Made by a program: the position numbers and the translations under genes
Notes under the pieces: generated by a model
What the model was told of the DNA's origin: nothing
The model's input: the letters and a program-made list of their open reading frames with translations, nothing else
The model's database searches: none
Origin: Burkholderiales bacterium
Lineage (GTDB): Bacteria; Pseudomonadota; Gammaproteobacteria; Burkholderiales; SG8-41
Length of the DNA: 64,000 nt
NCBI GenBank assembly: GCA_038316355.1
Contig: JBBQAO010000005.1
Span: forward strand, 12,351 to 76,350
Direction: 5' to 3'
Shown: piece by piece, positions 9,046 to 17,757 of the stretch
Layout of the letters: each line of letters begins with the position of its first letter
How positions within the stretch are numbered: the stretch's first letter is position 1

Positions 9046-9137
9046 GCATGGCCTTCGGCAGATCGAATATCGGGTTTGAGTTTAGTCAATGGTAGTGGCA
9101 AAAGTAGCGGCAAAACAACGGAAAAAAGGACAGTCGC

Positions 9138-9290
9138 ATGAACATGACCCTGAGCATCGGCCCGCTGATATCGCTGATCGCCGGGATTCTGATTCTTGTT
9201 GTACCCCGGCTGCTGAACTATATCGTCGCGCTTTATCTGATCATCATCGGCTTGATCGGGCTTTTCGGTGCCGGCAATTTTCATTTCTGA
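9138..9290 (+). CDS. DUF3096-family small membrane protein (50 aa)
   Basis: Hand translation gives MNMTLSIGPLISLIAGILILVVPRLLNYIVALYLIIIGLIGLFGAGNFHF*. An AAGGA SD lies upstream. It is not in the ORF track (<60 aa). Confidence 0.8.
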   Translation: MNMTLSIGPLISLIAGILILVVPRLLNYIVALYLIIIGLIGLFGAGNFHF

Positions 9291-9350
9291 GCGCCGTACA
9301 GCCCGCGGCAAAACCGGTGCATGCACTTTCATCCCGTCGGCATGCCGCCC

Positions 9351-9785
9351 ATGCTGATCACATCCCGCAGCAAGTCCTGGAGTGAGATCATCATGTCTGG
9401 CGATGTGGCACTGACACTGCTGAAGATGATGGGCCACAGCGGCGCAGTCCCGGGCGCCCTGCGCTCCAGAAGCATCCCTGCTGCGCTGGCGCAGCTGAAG
9501 CAAGCGCTGGGTCGCGCCGGACCCGCTGCAGAAGCCGTGATAAACCCGTCACCGGGAACTGACAACGCGGATACCGCGCCGCTGGCAGCACTGATGCAGC
9601 GCTCTTACCCGTTAATCCAGTTGCTGTCCGCTGCGGCGCAACAGGAATGCGATGTCACGTGGGATAAAGATCATCCGACAGTTTATACGAGCACCCCGGC
9701 GATCGCAGTCAACAGACTGTCCGGAGAACAAAGTGGATGTTCCCCGAATGAAGGCTCAGTATCCCGGCGCACAGACCGTGATTGA
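9351..9785 (+). CDS. DUF1840-domain protein (with C-terminal extension)
   Basis: MLITSRSKSWSEIIMSGDVALTLLKMMGHSGAVPGAL..IPAALAQLKQAL..LIQLLSAAAQQECDVTW matches my recollection of DUF1840. About 35 extra residues follow the usual end. Confidence 0.7.
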   Translation: MLITSRSKSWSEIIMSGDVALTLLKMMGHSGAVPGALRSRSIPAALAQLKQALGRAGPAAEAVINPSPGTDNADTAPLAALMQRSYPLIQLLSAAAQQECDVTWDKDHPTVYTSTPAIAVNRLSGEQSGCSPNEGSVSRRTDRD

Positions 9786-9977
9786 TTTCGGCGCCAGTTT
9801 CGACGCGCTAGCGCAGCAACGCGATTGACCAAAGCGATTGAACAAAAAATGTGGCGCACAAGAGCATTCCCGATCTGTCGGCAATCAATCATCGACAACG
9901 GTGTGGCGCTTTTACGAAACCGTTTTCCGGGTTTTCGGGCAGTGAATTACAAACTGTAACTGGAGCTTTTGACAGCT

Positions 9978-10769
9978 ATGACTATGAACCAGATGCCGAT
10001 TGCAAACAGCCTGCTGGCCGCACTTCCACACAAAGACTATCAGCACCTGCTCCCGAACCTCGAACAGGTTACGCTGACTTTCGGGGACACGATCTATGAA
10101 CCCGAAGCGCTCATCCGGCATGTCTACTTTCCCGGCGACTCGCTCATATCGTTGTTGACCCTCGTTGAAGGCCACTTGGCCCTCGAGGTGGGACTCATCG
10201 GCCGCGAGGGGATGCTTGGAGTTTCCCTGGCGCTTGGGGTCAACAATTCCCCGGTGCGCGCCATAGTCCAGGGCACCGGCACAGCACTGAGAATGAAATC
10301 TGTGCGTTTTCTGCAAGAGTTCCGGCGCAGCCCGGCCATACAGCGGGAGATCTACCTTTATACCCATGCCTTGATGGCCCAAGTCACCCAGACTGCGGCA
10401 TGCAACCGTTTTCATGTCGTCGAAGCACGTCTTGCCCGCTGGCTGTTGATGACCCGCGACCGCGTACGTTCGGATGAATTCCGCCTCACCCAGGAATTCC
10501 TGGCGCACATGCTCGGCGTGCGACGCGTCGGCGTCACCAAAGCGGCCAGCGCCTTGCAACGGCGGAAGATGATCAGTTACAGCCGGGGCAATATCAGAAT
10601 CCTCAATCTGAAAAACCTTGAAGCCGCTGCCTGCCCGTGCTACGAATTCGTCAAGGATATGCACGACAACTCAGGCTGGGGTGCCGTGATCAAAAACGGC
10701 AAAAAACCCGGAACGGGATTACCGTTGCCGGGCCGCGTCGACACGCCAACAATGGTGTTGGTGACGTAG
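9978..10769 (+). CDS. Crp/Fnr-family transcriptional regulator
   Basis: cNMP-binding-like N-terminal domain and a C-terminal HTH (RLTQEFLAHMLGVRRVGVTKAASALQRRKMISYSRGNIRI). Confidence 0.85.
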   Translation: MTMNQMPIANSLLAALPHKDYQHLLPNLEQVTLTFGDTIYEPEALIRHVYFPGDSLISLLTLVEGHLALEVGLIGREGMLGVSLALGVNNSPVRAIVQGTGTALRMKSVRFLQEFRRSPAIQREIYLYTHALMAQVTQTAACNRFHVVEARLARWLLMTRDRVRSDEFRLTQEFLAHMLGVRRVGVTKAASALQRRKMISYSRGNIRILNLKNLEAAACPCYEFVKDMHDNSGWGAVIKNGKKPGTGLPLPGRVDTPTMVLVT

Positions 10770-10825
10770 AGCGCGTCGTCCCCGCCGGACACCAGGAAAC
10801 TGCCTGGCACCGTCGGCGCTCCGGA

Positions 10826-11440
10826 TTACGAGATGCCGTAGCGCTTCTTTGCCTTGGCAATGCAGCCGTCTTTGGCTTCGTTGGAAAATGCATCGCATTT
10901 TTCCTTAGCCACCGCATAATCCGCATCACGCTTGTCGGTTGCAGCATCTTTGCGCGCATCGACGGTTTTTTCGTCGGCTTTCTGCCGTGCTTTCGTCGAC
11001 TTCTCGTTGGCGACCGCATTCGCATCCGCAGTTTTCATTTTTGCCTTCGCATTGGCCTGGCTGGCGGTTTGCGCAGCTTTTGCCTCCTTCTGGCAGACAT
11101 CCTTGGCATTACCCGACAGGTCATCACACTTTTCCTTGGCGACCGCGTAATCAGCATCTGCCTTGGCGACGCTTGCGTCGTAAGTGTTTTTCTGCGACGG
11201 CTTGTAGCGGGCCTCGAGTTCGGCCTTGGCGACCTTCTCCTTGCCCTTGACTTGCGCCACGCAGATGTCTTTCGCATTGGCGGAGAGCGAATCGCATCCT
11301 GCTTTGGCGGATTTCGACTCGGCCGCGATATCATCTTTGTTCGACTTGTATTGGCTTTTTGACATGGTTTGCGCCATCGCACTGGAACCAAATGCAAAGC
11401 TGATTGCGATTGCAATCGCACTGATATGGAAATTTTTCAT
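10826..11440 (-). CDS. Secreted Lys/Ala-rich protein with three C-x10-C repeat motifs
   Basis: Signal peptide MKNFHISAIAIAISFAFGSSAMA. The motif occurs three times (CDSLSANAKDIC, CDDLSGNAKDVC, CDAFSNEAKDGC), twice preceded by DADYAVAKEK. Confidence 0.75.
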   Translation of the reverse strand: MKNFHISAIAIAISFAFGSSAMAQTMSKSQYKSNKDDIAAESKSAKAGCDSLSANAKDICVAQVKGKEKVAKAELEARYKPSQKNTYDASVAKADADYAVAKEKCDDLSGNAKDVCQKEAKAAQTASQANAKAKMKTADANAVANEKSTKARQKADEKTVDARKDAATDKRDADYAVAKEKCDAFSNEAKDGCIAKAKKRYGIS

Positions 11441-11558
11441 TTTTAGTCCTTTAGTCCTTTAGTTGTTAAGCAGCTCATTTCATGATTCAGTACTGCGGCG
11501 CAGCGGGTAGCCGGCGCCGCCCTGGCGGGGGCGTTTCCGCCCCTGCCCCGCAGCATCA

Positions 11559-11777
11559 TTACAAAGAGCGGATCGTTTCTTTCTGGCTGTCCTGCCAGCT
11601 GGCAAGCTGTTTTTCTGCCTCGTCTTTCGAGACTCCATAAGCCTCTTGAATCTTGCCGGCCAGGTGCTCCCGTTTCCCGGCAATCACGTCCAGTTGATCG
11701 TCGGTAATTTTTCCCCATTGCTGCTTCACGTTGCCCTTGAATTGTTTCCAGTCACCTTCAATGCGGTCCCAGTTCAT
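11559..11777 (-). CDS. CsbD-family stress protein
   Basis: MNWDRIEGDWKQFKGNVKQQWGKITDDQLDVIAGKREHLAGKIQEAYG is a canonical CsbD sequence. A GAGGAAAT SD lies upstream of ATG 11777. Confidence 0.9.
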   Translation of the reverse strand: MNWDRIEGDWKQFKGNVKQQWGKITDDQLDVIAGKREHLAGKIQEAYGVSKDEAEKQLASWQDSQKETIRSL

Positions 11778-12069
11778 ATTAATTTCCTCATGGTGGTTTA
11801 TTGACAATCGAGAGCGGACACGTCTCCGGGACACAGACGGCTTCCCCGGAATGTTCGCCATCGACAACGGACGGTTATGGAATTACGGCATCCATACGTC
11901 AACCATGCTCCAGTTACGGGCCCTGTTCTGTTCGCTGACACGCATAAATCAACAATGCGCGAGTCGCCCCGCTCCAGCGGTTCTGCCGGATAACGGGGAT
12001 TCGATGCCGGGAATGAAGCAAAAACAGACCGATTACAGACAATCGGGTTTCCGCCAACCCCCGGTTTCC

Positions 12070-12639
12070 TCAGCCGTCCAATCCTTCCAGCAGAGACGAC
12101 AGATCTTCTGCATGTTCCTCTTCGCTGGCGAGTATTTCCTTGAGCAAACGTTGCGTCGTGGGGTCCTGATCACCCAGATAAGCGATCATTTCACGGTAAC
12201 TTTCAATGGCGATACGTTCGGCGATCAGGTCTTCCTTGATCATCGCCTTCAGGGAATCGCCCTCGACATACTCGGCGTGGCTGCGCTCCGACATTCCATC
12301 AGGTGAAAAATTCGGCTCGCCGCGCAATTCCACTATGCGTTTGGCGAGGCTGTCGGCATGCCGCATTTCCTCGTTTGCGTGCTCCAGGAACTCGGCGGCC
12401 ACCGGGGCCGCATGGATTCCGGAAGCCATGAAATGATGCCTTTTGTAGCGAAGTACGCAGACGATTTCCGTTGCCAGCGCCTCGTTCAGTAATTTGATTA
12501 CCGTCTCGCGTTCTGCCGCGTAACCCGACGTTACCGCGCCTTTGTCGATGTGCTGGCGGGCCCGTGCCCGCAATGTCTTGATATCGGAGAGCGCCGGTCG
12601 TTCCCGGGAAACATCCTGCTGCATGGTGGTGGTTTTCAT
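12070..12639 (-). CDS. Ferritin-like (bacterioferritin/Dps-superfamily) domain protein
   Basis: ..LNEALATEIVCVLRYKRHHF..EFLEHANEEMRHADSLAKRIVELRG..DLIAERIAIESYREMI..ILASEEEHAEDL shows a four-helix ferritin-like E/H ligand pattern. Confidence 0.75.
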   Translation of the reverse strand: MKTTTMQQDVSRERPALSDIKTLRARARQHIDKGAVTSGYAAERETVIKLLNEALATEIVCVLRYKRHHFMASGIHAAPVAAEFLEHANEEMRHADSLAKRIVELRGEPNFSPDGMSERSHAEYVEGDSLKAMIKEDLIAERIAIESYREMIAYLGDQDPTTQRLLKEILASEEEHAEDLSSLLEGLDG

Positions 12640-12761
12640 TTTTAACCTTTCACTTTTATTTATTTCAGAGGATGCCGTTCAACGTGACTCGACGGGCCCG
12701 GCCAGAAGTCCGGCTTTGCAAATCGCATAAAACCGGCGAAATTCCCGCATTGGACGGCGGT

Positions 12762-12911
12762 TTACACAGGACTGCGGCCGCTGATGACTCTCAGCAGGAC
12801 AACCACGATGGCGATTACGAGCAGGACATGGATGAGGCCGCCCATGGTGTAGGCAGTGGCCAATCCCAGAAGCCAGAGAATGATCAAAACAACGGCAATG
12901 GTATAGAGCAC
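12762..12911 (-). CDS. lmo0937-family tiny membrane protein (second copy)
   Basis: GTG start at 12911 with AAAGGAAAG upstream, giving (M)LYTIAVVLIILWLLGLATAYTMGGLIHVLLVIAIVVVLLRVISGRSPV*. The upstream part of the 134-aa ORF has no recognisable similarity. Confidence 0.7.
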   Translation of the reverse strand: MLYTIAVVLIILWLLGLATAYTMGGLIHVLLVIAIVVVLLRVISGRSPV

Positions 12912-13294
12912 GATTGCTTTCCTTTCAAAGGACGGCACCAGTCGCCCGACTGCGCCTGTCGCTGCAATGACGCTGACAATGCCGCGTTCATCAACATTAA
13001 TCTGTACGTTTTCCCACACAACAAGAATGGGACAATCACCGGTCACACGGGCCAAGGGGCCGGGACGATTTAGCAAAAACCTGCGAAAGCGTGCAGAAAA
13101 TTCCCCGAAGATCAGATCACCATTGCGTCGAGAAAAATTCACTGCGCGAAAACCGCCATGAATCATGAACCTATCGATCCAGTACCTGCTCAGCGAGGAC
13201 CAAAGAATATTTCAGTAAAGAACGGTCTGGATCACAATTCGCCATCAAGCGCACCGTCCAATGTTGCAGATCGGAAAAAAACGATGGATTATCC

Positions 13295-14170
13295 ATGGAA
13301 AAATACCGCGCCCTGAGTACGCTGAATTCCATTGGTGATTCTGTTTTGTGTATCAACATCAAGGGCAAGATCACATATCTCAATGCGGTCGCAGGGAAAT
13401 TGACGGGGTGGAGCATCGAAGATGCGCGAGGTCAACCGCACGACGAAGTGTTCCAGGCTGAGAACGGCACAACACATCAACCGCTCGCTCATGATCCGCT
13501 GATGCTCGCCATCGAACACGACAAGATCATCTGCCTGCCGAAAAGCAGCGTATTGATCCGGCGTGACGGATTTAAATGCGCCATCGAGGATTCCGTCGCC
13601 CCAATTCACGAGCGGAACGGCAGCGCAACTGCGGGCTGTCGAACGCAGATTGTCTCACCGGACTCAACACGACTTTCTTAACAGCCTGCCGAATACTGCT
13701 CTACACAACGACAGGATAGTACAGGCCATAGCCATGGCTCGCCGCAACGACGAGGAGTTCTCGTCTCTGTTCATGGATCTCGACCATTTTAAAGACGTCA
13801 ATGACACGCTCGGACACGCCGTTGGTGACCAGTTGCTGCAATCGGTCGCGTAGCGCCTGAGAGCCTGCGTACGGGGCACGGCTGCGGTCGGTCGTAAGGG
13901 GGGGAGTTTGTGGTTCTGCTTTCCGAAGTCACGCATGCGGACCATGCTACCCGCAGCGCGGAAAAAATAATCGCTGCCATTGCCCTGGCTCACCGAATAT
14001 CCGGGTACGAACTTCTGGTCACAGCGGGCATCGATATCAGCATCTACCGCTTAACGGATCAGACACGCAAACCCTGCCCAAGTCAGCAGATGAAGCAATG
14101 TATCAGGCAAAATATCAGGAAAAAAACGGGCGCAACCATTACTGTTTTTCGCGGCACAAAATCAAAAACC
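13295..14170 (+). pseudogene. Decayed PAS-GGDEF diguanylate cyclase
   Basis: PAS domain in frame 2 (13295-13681). The GGDEF N-part is in frame 0, ending at an in-frame TAG (13851-13853, ..DQLLQSVA*RLRACVRG). At the G7 tract 13898-13904 the reading must shift to reach (GG)EFVVLLSEVTH. A further shift is needed to reach ADEAMYQAKYQEKNGRNHYCF. Confidence 0.8.
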
Positions 14171-14270
14171 ACACGGTGGCCAGTCCGTGGGAAATAGCGC
14201 TGGTCCCGGCCGCAGGAAAGCGGCAGAAAATCCGGTCAACTTCAGCGGCATGGCTGCGCCGCCCCTGGAA

Positions 14271-14597
14271 TTACAACAATGTCTGCGACTCGCGTATCAG
14301 CACAATGGCATTATCCCTGGTCTTTGCAAGGTTGGTTGCAAAATCGCATCCGGCCTGACGTTCACTGAATGCTGCAAGTGGATGCTCAAAATCCTTCGCA
14401 TACACCTCCCATTGCCCGCCGGCGCTGTGCGCTACCAGCACAAATGGAGAATTCTCCTGATGCCCCGTAACGCCCGCAGGCACGACCGCATCGGTTTTGC
14501 TGTCGACGAAGTTTGCGAGTGTTACACCCGGTATCAGACGGAGAATACCTGTGAAGAACTTCTTGATCGCCGGGGAATCCAATGCGCTCTCCATCAC
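14271..14597 (-). CDS. Hypothetical protein, translationally adjacent to csbD (weak DUF2188-like C-terminus)
   Basis: The start (GTG 14597 / ATG 14594) lies 1-4 nt after the CsbD stop. The ..HSAGGQWEVYAKDFEHPLAAFSERQAGCDFATNLAK pattern is only loosely reminiscent of DUF2188. Confidence 0.5.
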   Translation of the reverse strand: MMESALDSPAIKKFFTGILRLIPGVTLANFVDSKTDAVVPAGVTGHQENSPFVLVAHSAGGQWEVYAKDFEHPLAAFSERQAGCDFATNLAKTRDNAIVLIRESQTLL

Positions 14598-14598
14598 A

Positions 14599-14820
14599 TT
14601 ACCGGCTGGAAGTATCCCAGCGGCGATTGCGATGCCAGAATTCCTTCAGCGCACGCTGCGTTTTTTCCTTGTTGACCCCATACAGTTCCTGCGCCCTGCC
14701 GGCCGACTGATCTCGCCTGCCTTCGGCCACAGCCCGCCGGTCTGCAATCATCTCGCCCCAGCGCTCACGCAATGCGCCGCTGAGCTGCTTCCACTTCCCT
14801 TCGATCCGGTCTTGGTTCAT
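14599..14820 (-). CDS. CsbD-family stress protein (second copy)
   Basis: MNQDRIEGKWKQLSGALRERWGEMIADRRAVAEGRRDQSAGRAQELYG. A GGGAGGAAG SD lies upstream of ATG 14820. Confidence 0.85.
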   Translation of the reverse strand: MNQDRIEGKWKQLSGALRERWGEMIADRRAVAEGRRDQSAGRAQELYGVNKEKTQRALKEFWHRNRRWDTSSR

Positions 14821-14957
14821 GTCAGCAACTTCCTCCCTTTGAGCAAAATCATCTGTACGCCAACGTACGGATGGCGCGTGTTGTATCTGGACCACCGGCA
14901 CATTCACTGCGCTCATTCGGCGCGACCTTCGCCCAAAAACGCAGATCTCCGGGGTGT

Positions 14958-15633
14958 TTAGGGCCTGTTAGCCATCACTTCTGCAGATGCGTTGTGGCCA
15001 AAATCGGGCTTCTTTCCGGTGCGCGCGGTCTCCTCCTCTCGCGCTTTGATCTTTGCATCAAAGTCGGCTTGCTCCTGCGCAACGCGCTCGGCGGCGCGTG
15101 CGAGCATCTGTTTGACTTCGCCCTCCAGTTGCGCCTCGATCTTCTGCGCGTGCCCGTAGGACAGCGCGCTGTGGCGCGAGGCGTTGGCGTGGATCTTGGT
15201 GCCATCGAGCGCGATCGTGCCAAGCTTGAGCAACTTCATCTGCCGGGCGATACACAGCACCTGCACGAACAGCACCTCGATCTCCTTCAGGAAGCGCTTG
15301 CGGAAGGTGCACAGCGAGTCATGGTCGGGTTGCTCGTCGGCGGCGATATAGCGAAAGGCGATCGACTCATGCGTCGCCGCCTCAATGCGCCGCCTTGATG
15401 CGCCGGCTCGAATCCACGCCCGTGGCGTAGCCGTAGATGAGCAAGCCGAGCATCACCGCCGGGTGATAGGCCGCCGAGCCCGTGCCACGATACTGCCGGG
15501 TGAGTGCCGACAGATCGAGTTGATCGACAATGTCGACCACGAAGTGCGCCAGGTGATCCCGGGGCAACCAATCCTCCACCGACGGGGGCAGCAGAAACGG
15601 CGTTGCGCGATCTACCGCACGGAAATTGGCCAT
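14958..15633 (-). mobile_element. Degraded IS5/IS1182-type transposase gene (frameshifted and 3'-truncated)
   Basis: The N-terminus MANFRAVDRATPFLLPPSVEDWLPRDHLAHFVVD..YHPAVMLGLLIYGYATGV stops at 15382. The reading continues in another frame (..IEAATHESIAFRYIAADEQPDHDSLCTFRKRFLKEIEVLFVQVL..LDGTKIHANAS..) and ends abruptly after ..TGKKP. No DDE core follows. Confidence 0.8.
14985..15008 (+). repeat. 24-nt segment AGATGCGTTGTGGCCAAAATCGGG shared with both arms of the MITE-like element at 27779-27909
   Basis: By-eye alignment with 27821-27840 (+) and 27870-27892 (inverted). It sits exactly where transposase similarity ends. Confidence 0.7.
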
Positions 15634-15803
15634 GGCTGCACTCTCGGCATCATCAAACGGGACACATCTATACCGGGAGTCCGTGGGTCGGTATAGGGAG
15701 AACTAAAACGTTATGCAGATCCGAAGCTAATTCTTGGGCCAAGTCATTGGGGGCTGAATTAATGACACGGCTGAACACGTGAATCCTCACTTCAGGATGC
15801 AGC

Positions 15804-16391
15804 TCAGTCAGCCATGATTTCACCGACTCCCATCGGCGTCATCGTTCCGTCGAGCCGCAGAATTGTACCGCTTCCCGAGGAGACGTAATTCCCGGTGATC
15901 GCTGAAATCGTAACCTGATGCGTGACCAGAACCACCGGCGGGCCGTCCACTGGCAGCGCTGCGAGGAACCTGCGCAGCGCGCTGATGTTGGCGTCGCGCG
16001 TGTCGGTAAGCTCGAAGAAAGAGTTGAGTGCTGGCAGCTCGGTCACCGTCCCGAGGTTGAGAAGCCGCGCGGTCTCCAGCGTCCGGCACCACTGGCTGGA
16101 ATAAACCCGCGCGCGCGTGATGCCTGCCTGCGCGAGGCGCTGGCCCAGTACTGCCGCCTGCTGGCGGCCTGTCGCGTCGAGGTTGCGTTGCGTGGTGCAG
16201 TCGCCCAGGCGAAAGTTTGACGGATCGCCGACACCCGGTGCAACTGCGTGGCGCAATATCAGCACACGTCCGGGTTTGGCCAGTTCGGCCAAGGGCAAAG
16301 GCGTGGCCGCGAAAACGTGGCCGGCAAGCAACGCGAGGGTGCCGGCAGCAAACAGTTTCAAGTAATGCCTGACCGGGAACAAGTTAATCAC
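15804..16391 (-). CDS. Histidine phosphatase (phosphoglycerate mutase-like) family protein, secreted
   Basis: Signal peptide followed by the LILRHAVAPG (RHG-type) motif and ..VYSSQWCRTLETARLL. Confidence 0.8.
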   Translation of the reverse strand: MINLFPVRHYLKLFAAGTLALLAGHVFAATPLPLAELAKPGRVLILRHAVAPGVGDPSNFRLGDCTTQRNLDATGRQQAAVLGQRLAQAGITRARVYSSQWCRTLETARLLNLGTVTELPALNSFFELTDTRDANISALRRFLAALPVDGPPVVLVTHQVTISAITGNYVSSGSGTILRLDGTMTPMGVGEIMAD

Positions 16392-16447
16392 CAGTGACTC
16401 CTGAATACATTAATCAGCAGGCAGCCGGCAGCAGACCGGACCGTTCC

Positions 16448-17068
16448 TCAGTGGTTCGCGCGCGGCCGCAAACCGTCGAAAGTCGCGGCGACCATGGCCG
16501 CGACAATTTCATCGTGGTCCAGCTTGCCGTCGCGGAGCAGAAATTCCACCGTGGGATCGCAGGCCCGCGAGTAGAGCGTGTAGACAATCACTTCGTCGGG
16601 TACCGCAGCGGCAATGTGACCGGCACGGCGGGCCGCGGACACGAGTGCATGAAAACGCTTGTTCACACGCAAGGCGAGGGCTACGTATTCCAGATTGAGA
16701 ATCAGGCTGCGCTGCAGCGCACGACTGGTGGACGGGAGATGCGGCATGCCACCGCGCAGGCGGTGCTGCAGCGACCAGCGCAGTATCTCTTCCAGCTTGC
16801 GCACTGCGGACCAGTCATCAGGCATGGCGTCGAGCACTTCCAGAGTTTGTCGCAGCAGACGCGACAACACTGCTGCTGCGAGCTTTTCCTTGGACGAGAA
16901 GTGTTTGTAGAGACTGCCTTTGGCGACACCGACCGCGGCGGCGACGTCTTCCATGGTCATCAGGTCGTAGCCCTTTTCCGACAACAGACCGTTGACGGCG
17001 TCGAGAATCGCCTCTTCGCGGAAATCAAATTGCTGTTTTCGAAACGGAATTTTGAATGTCATGGACAA
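16448..17068 (-). CDS. TetR/AcrR-family transcriptional regulator
   Basis: N-terminal HTH ..AILDAVNGLLSEKGYDLMTMEDVAAAVGVAKGSLYKHFSSKEKL. Confidence 0.9.
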   Translation of the reverse strand: MSMTFKIPFRKQQFDFREEAILDAVNGLLSEKGYDLMTMEDVAAAVGVAKGSLYKHFSSKEKLAAAVLSRLLRQTLEVLDAMPDDWSAVRKLEEILRWSLQHRLRGGMPHLPSTSRALQRSLILNLEYVALALRVNKRFHALVSAARRAGHIAAAVPDEVIVYTLYSRACDPTVEFLLRDGKLDHDEIVAAMVAATFDGLRPRANH

Positions 17069-17197
17069 CAGTATAAATCCAATGAACTAAGCAGTTTTAT
17101 AAATGACCAATGAGTCACAAACTGACCGGCTTGTATGAACAGTAGTTCCATCGGCAGCTTGTTAATTTTATTTATCATTTAAATCAAGGAGTTAATT

Positions 17198-17668
17198 ATG
17201 TCTGTTTCACGTTCCCTCCGCGCCCTGTGCGCGGGTGCAGTTCTCGCCGTATCGTCGCTCGCGTCCGCAGCGACCGACATCGTTGATACCGCTGTTTCGG
17301 CGGGCAGCTTCAAAACCCTGGTTGCCGCAGTTCAGGCTGCCGGTCTCGTCGACACGCTGAAGGGACCCGGCCCGTTCACCGTGTTTGCCCCCACCGATGC
17401 GGCGTTCGCCAAGATCCCGAAAGCGCAGCTCGACGCGCTGCTCGCGGACAAAGCCAAGCTGACGGCCGTGCTGACCTACCATGTGGTTCCGGGTATCGTG
17501 ATGGCCAAGGATGTCAAAGCGGGCAATGCGCCGACAGTCAACGGCAAGGCGCTGAGCATCACGACCACCGGTGGTAACGTCATGGTGAACAAGTCGAAGG
17601 TCGTCAAGACCGACGTCGTAGCTTCCAATGGCGTGATTCACGCCGTCGACACGGTCATACTGCCGTAA
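17198..17668 (+). CDS. Fasciclin (FAS1) domain protein, secreted
   Basis: Signal peptide followed by [48 protein letters not shown]...[19 protein letters not shown]. Confidence 0.9.
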   Translation: MSVSRSLRALCAGAVLAVSSLASAATDIVDTAVSAGSFKTLVAAVQAAGLVDTLKGPGPFTVFAPTDAAFAKIPKAQLDALLADKAKLTAVLTYHVVPGIVMAKDVKAGNAPTVNGKALSITTTGGNVMVNKSKVVKTDVVASNGVIHAVDTVILP

Positions 17669-17757
17669 GCGCCACAGCACATAACAAAGCAATTTGTAGT
17701 GTCGCGTCCCCCGCGTGAGCGGGCGGATGCGACTGTCATTTCAGATTGGAGCCGTGC

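Noticed and set aside
12762-13166. The 134-aa ORF read as one protein (an unknown N-domain fused to the lmo0937-like tail).
   Set aside because: Only the last 49 codons match the family, and an internal GTG with a good SD gives the canonical length. The first copy (7060-7209) is a stand-alone 49-aa gene.
13171-13609. Minus-strand ORFs (81 and 106 aa) opposite the PAS-domain region.
   Set aside because: They are antisense to a recognisable (though decayed) PAS domain and have no motifs and no SD.
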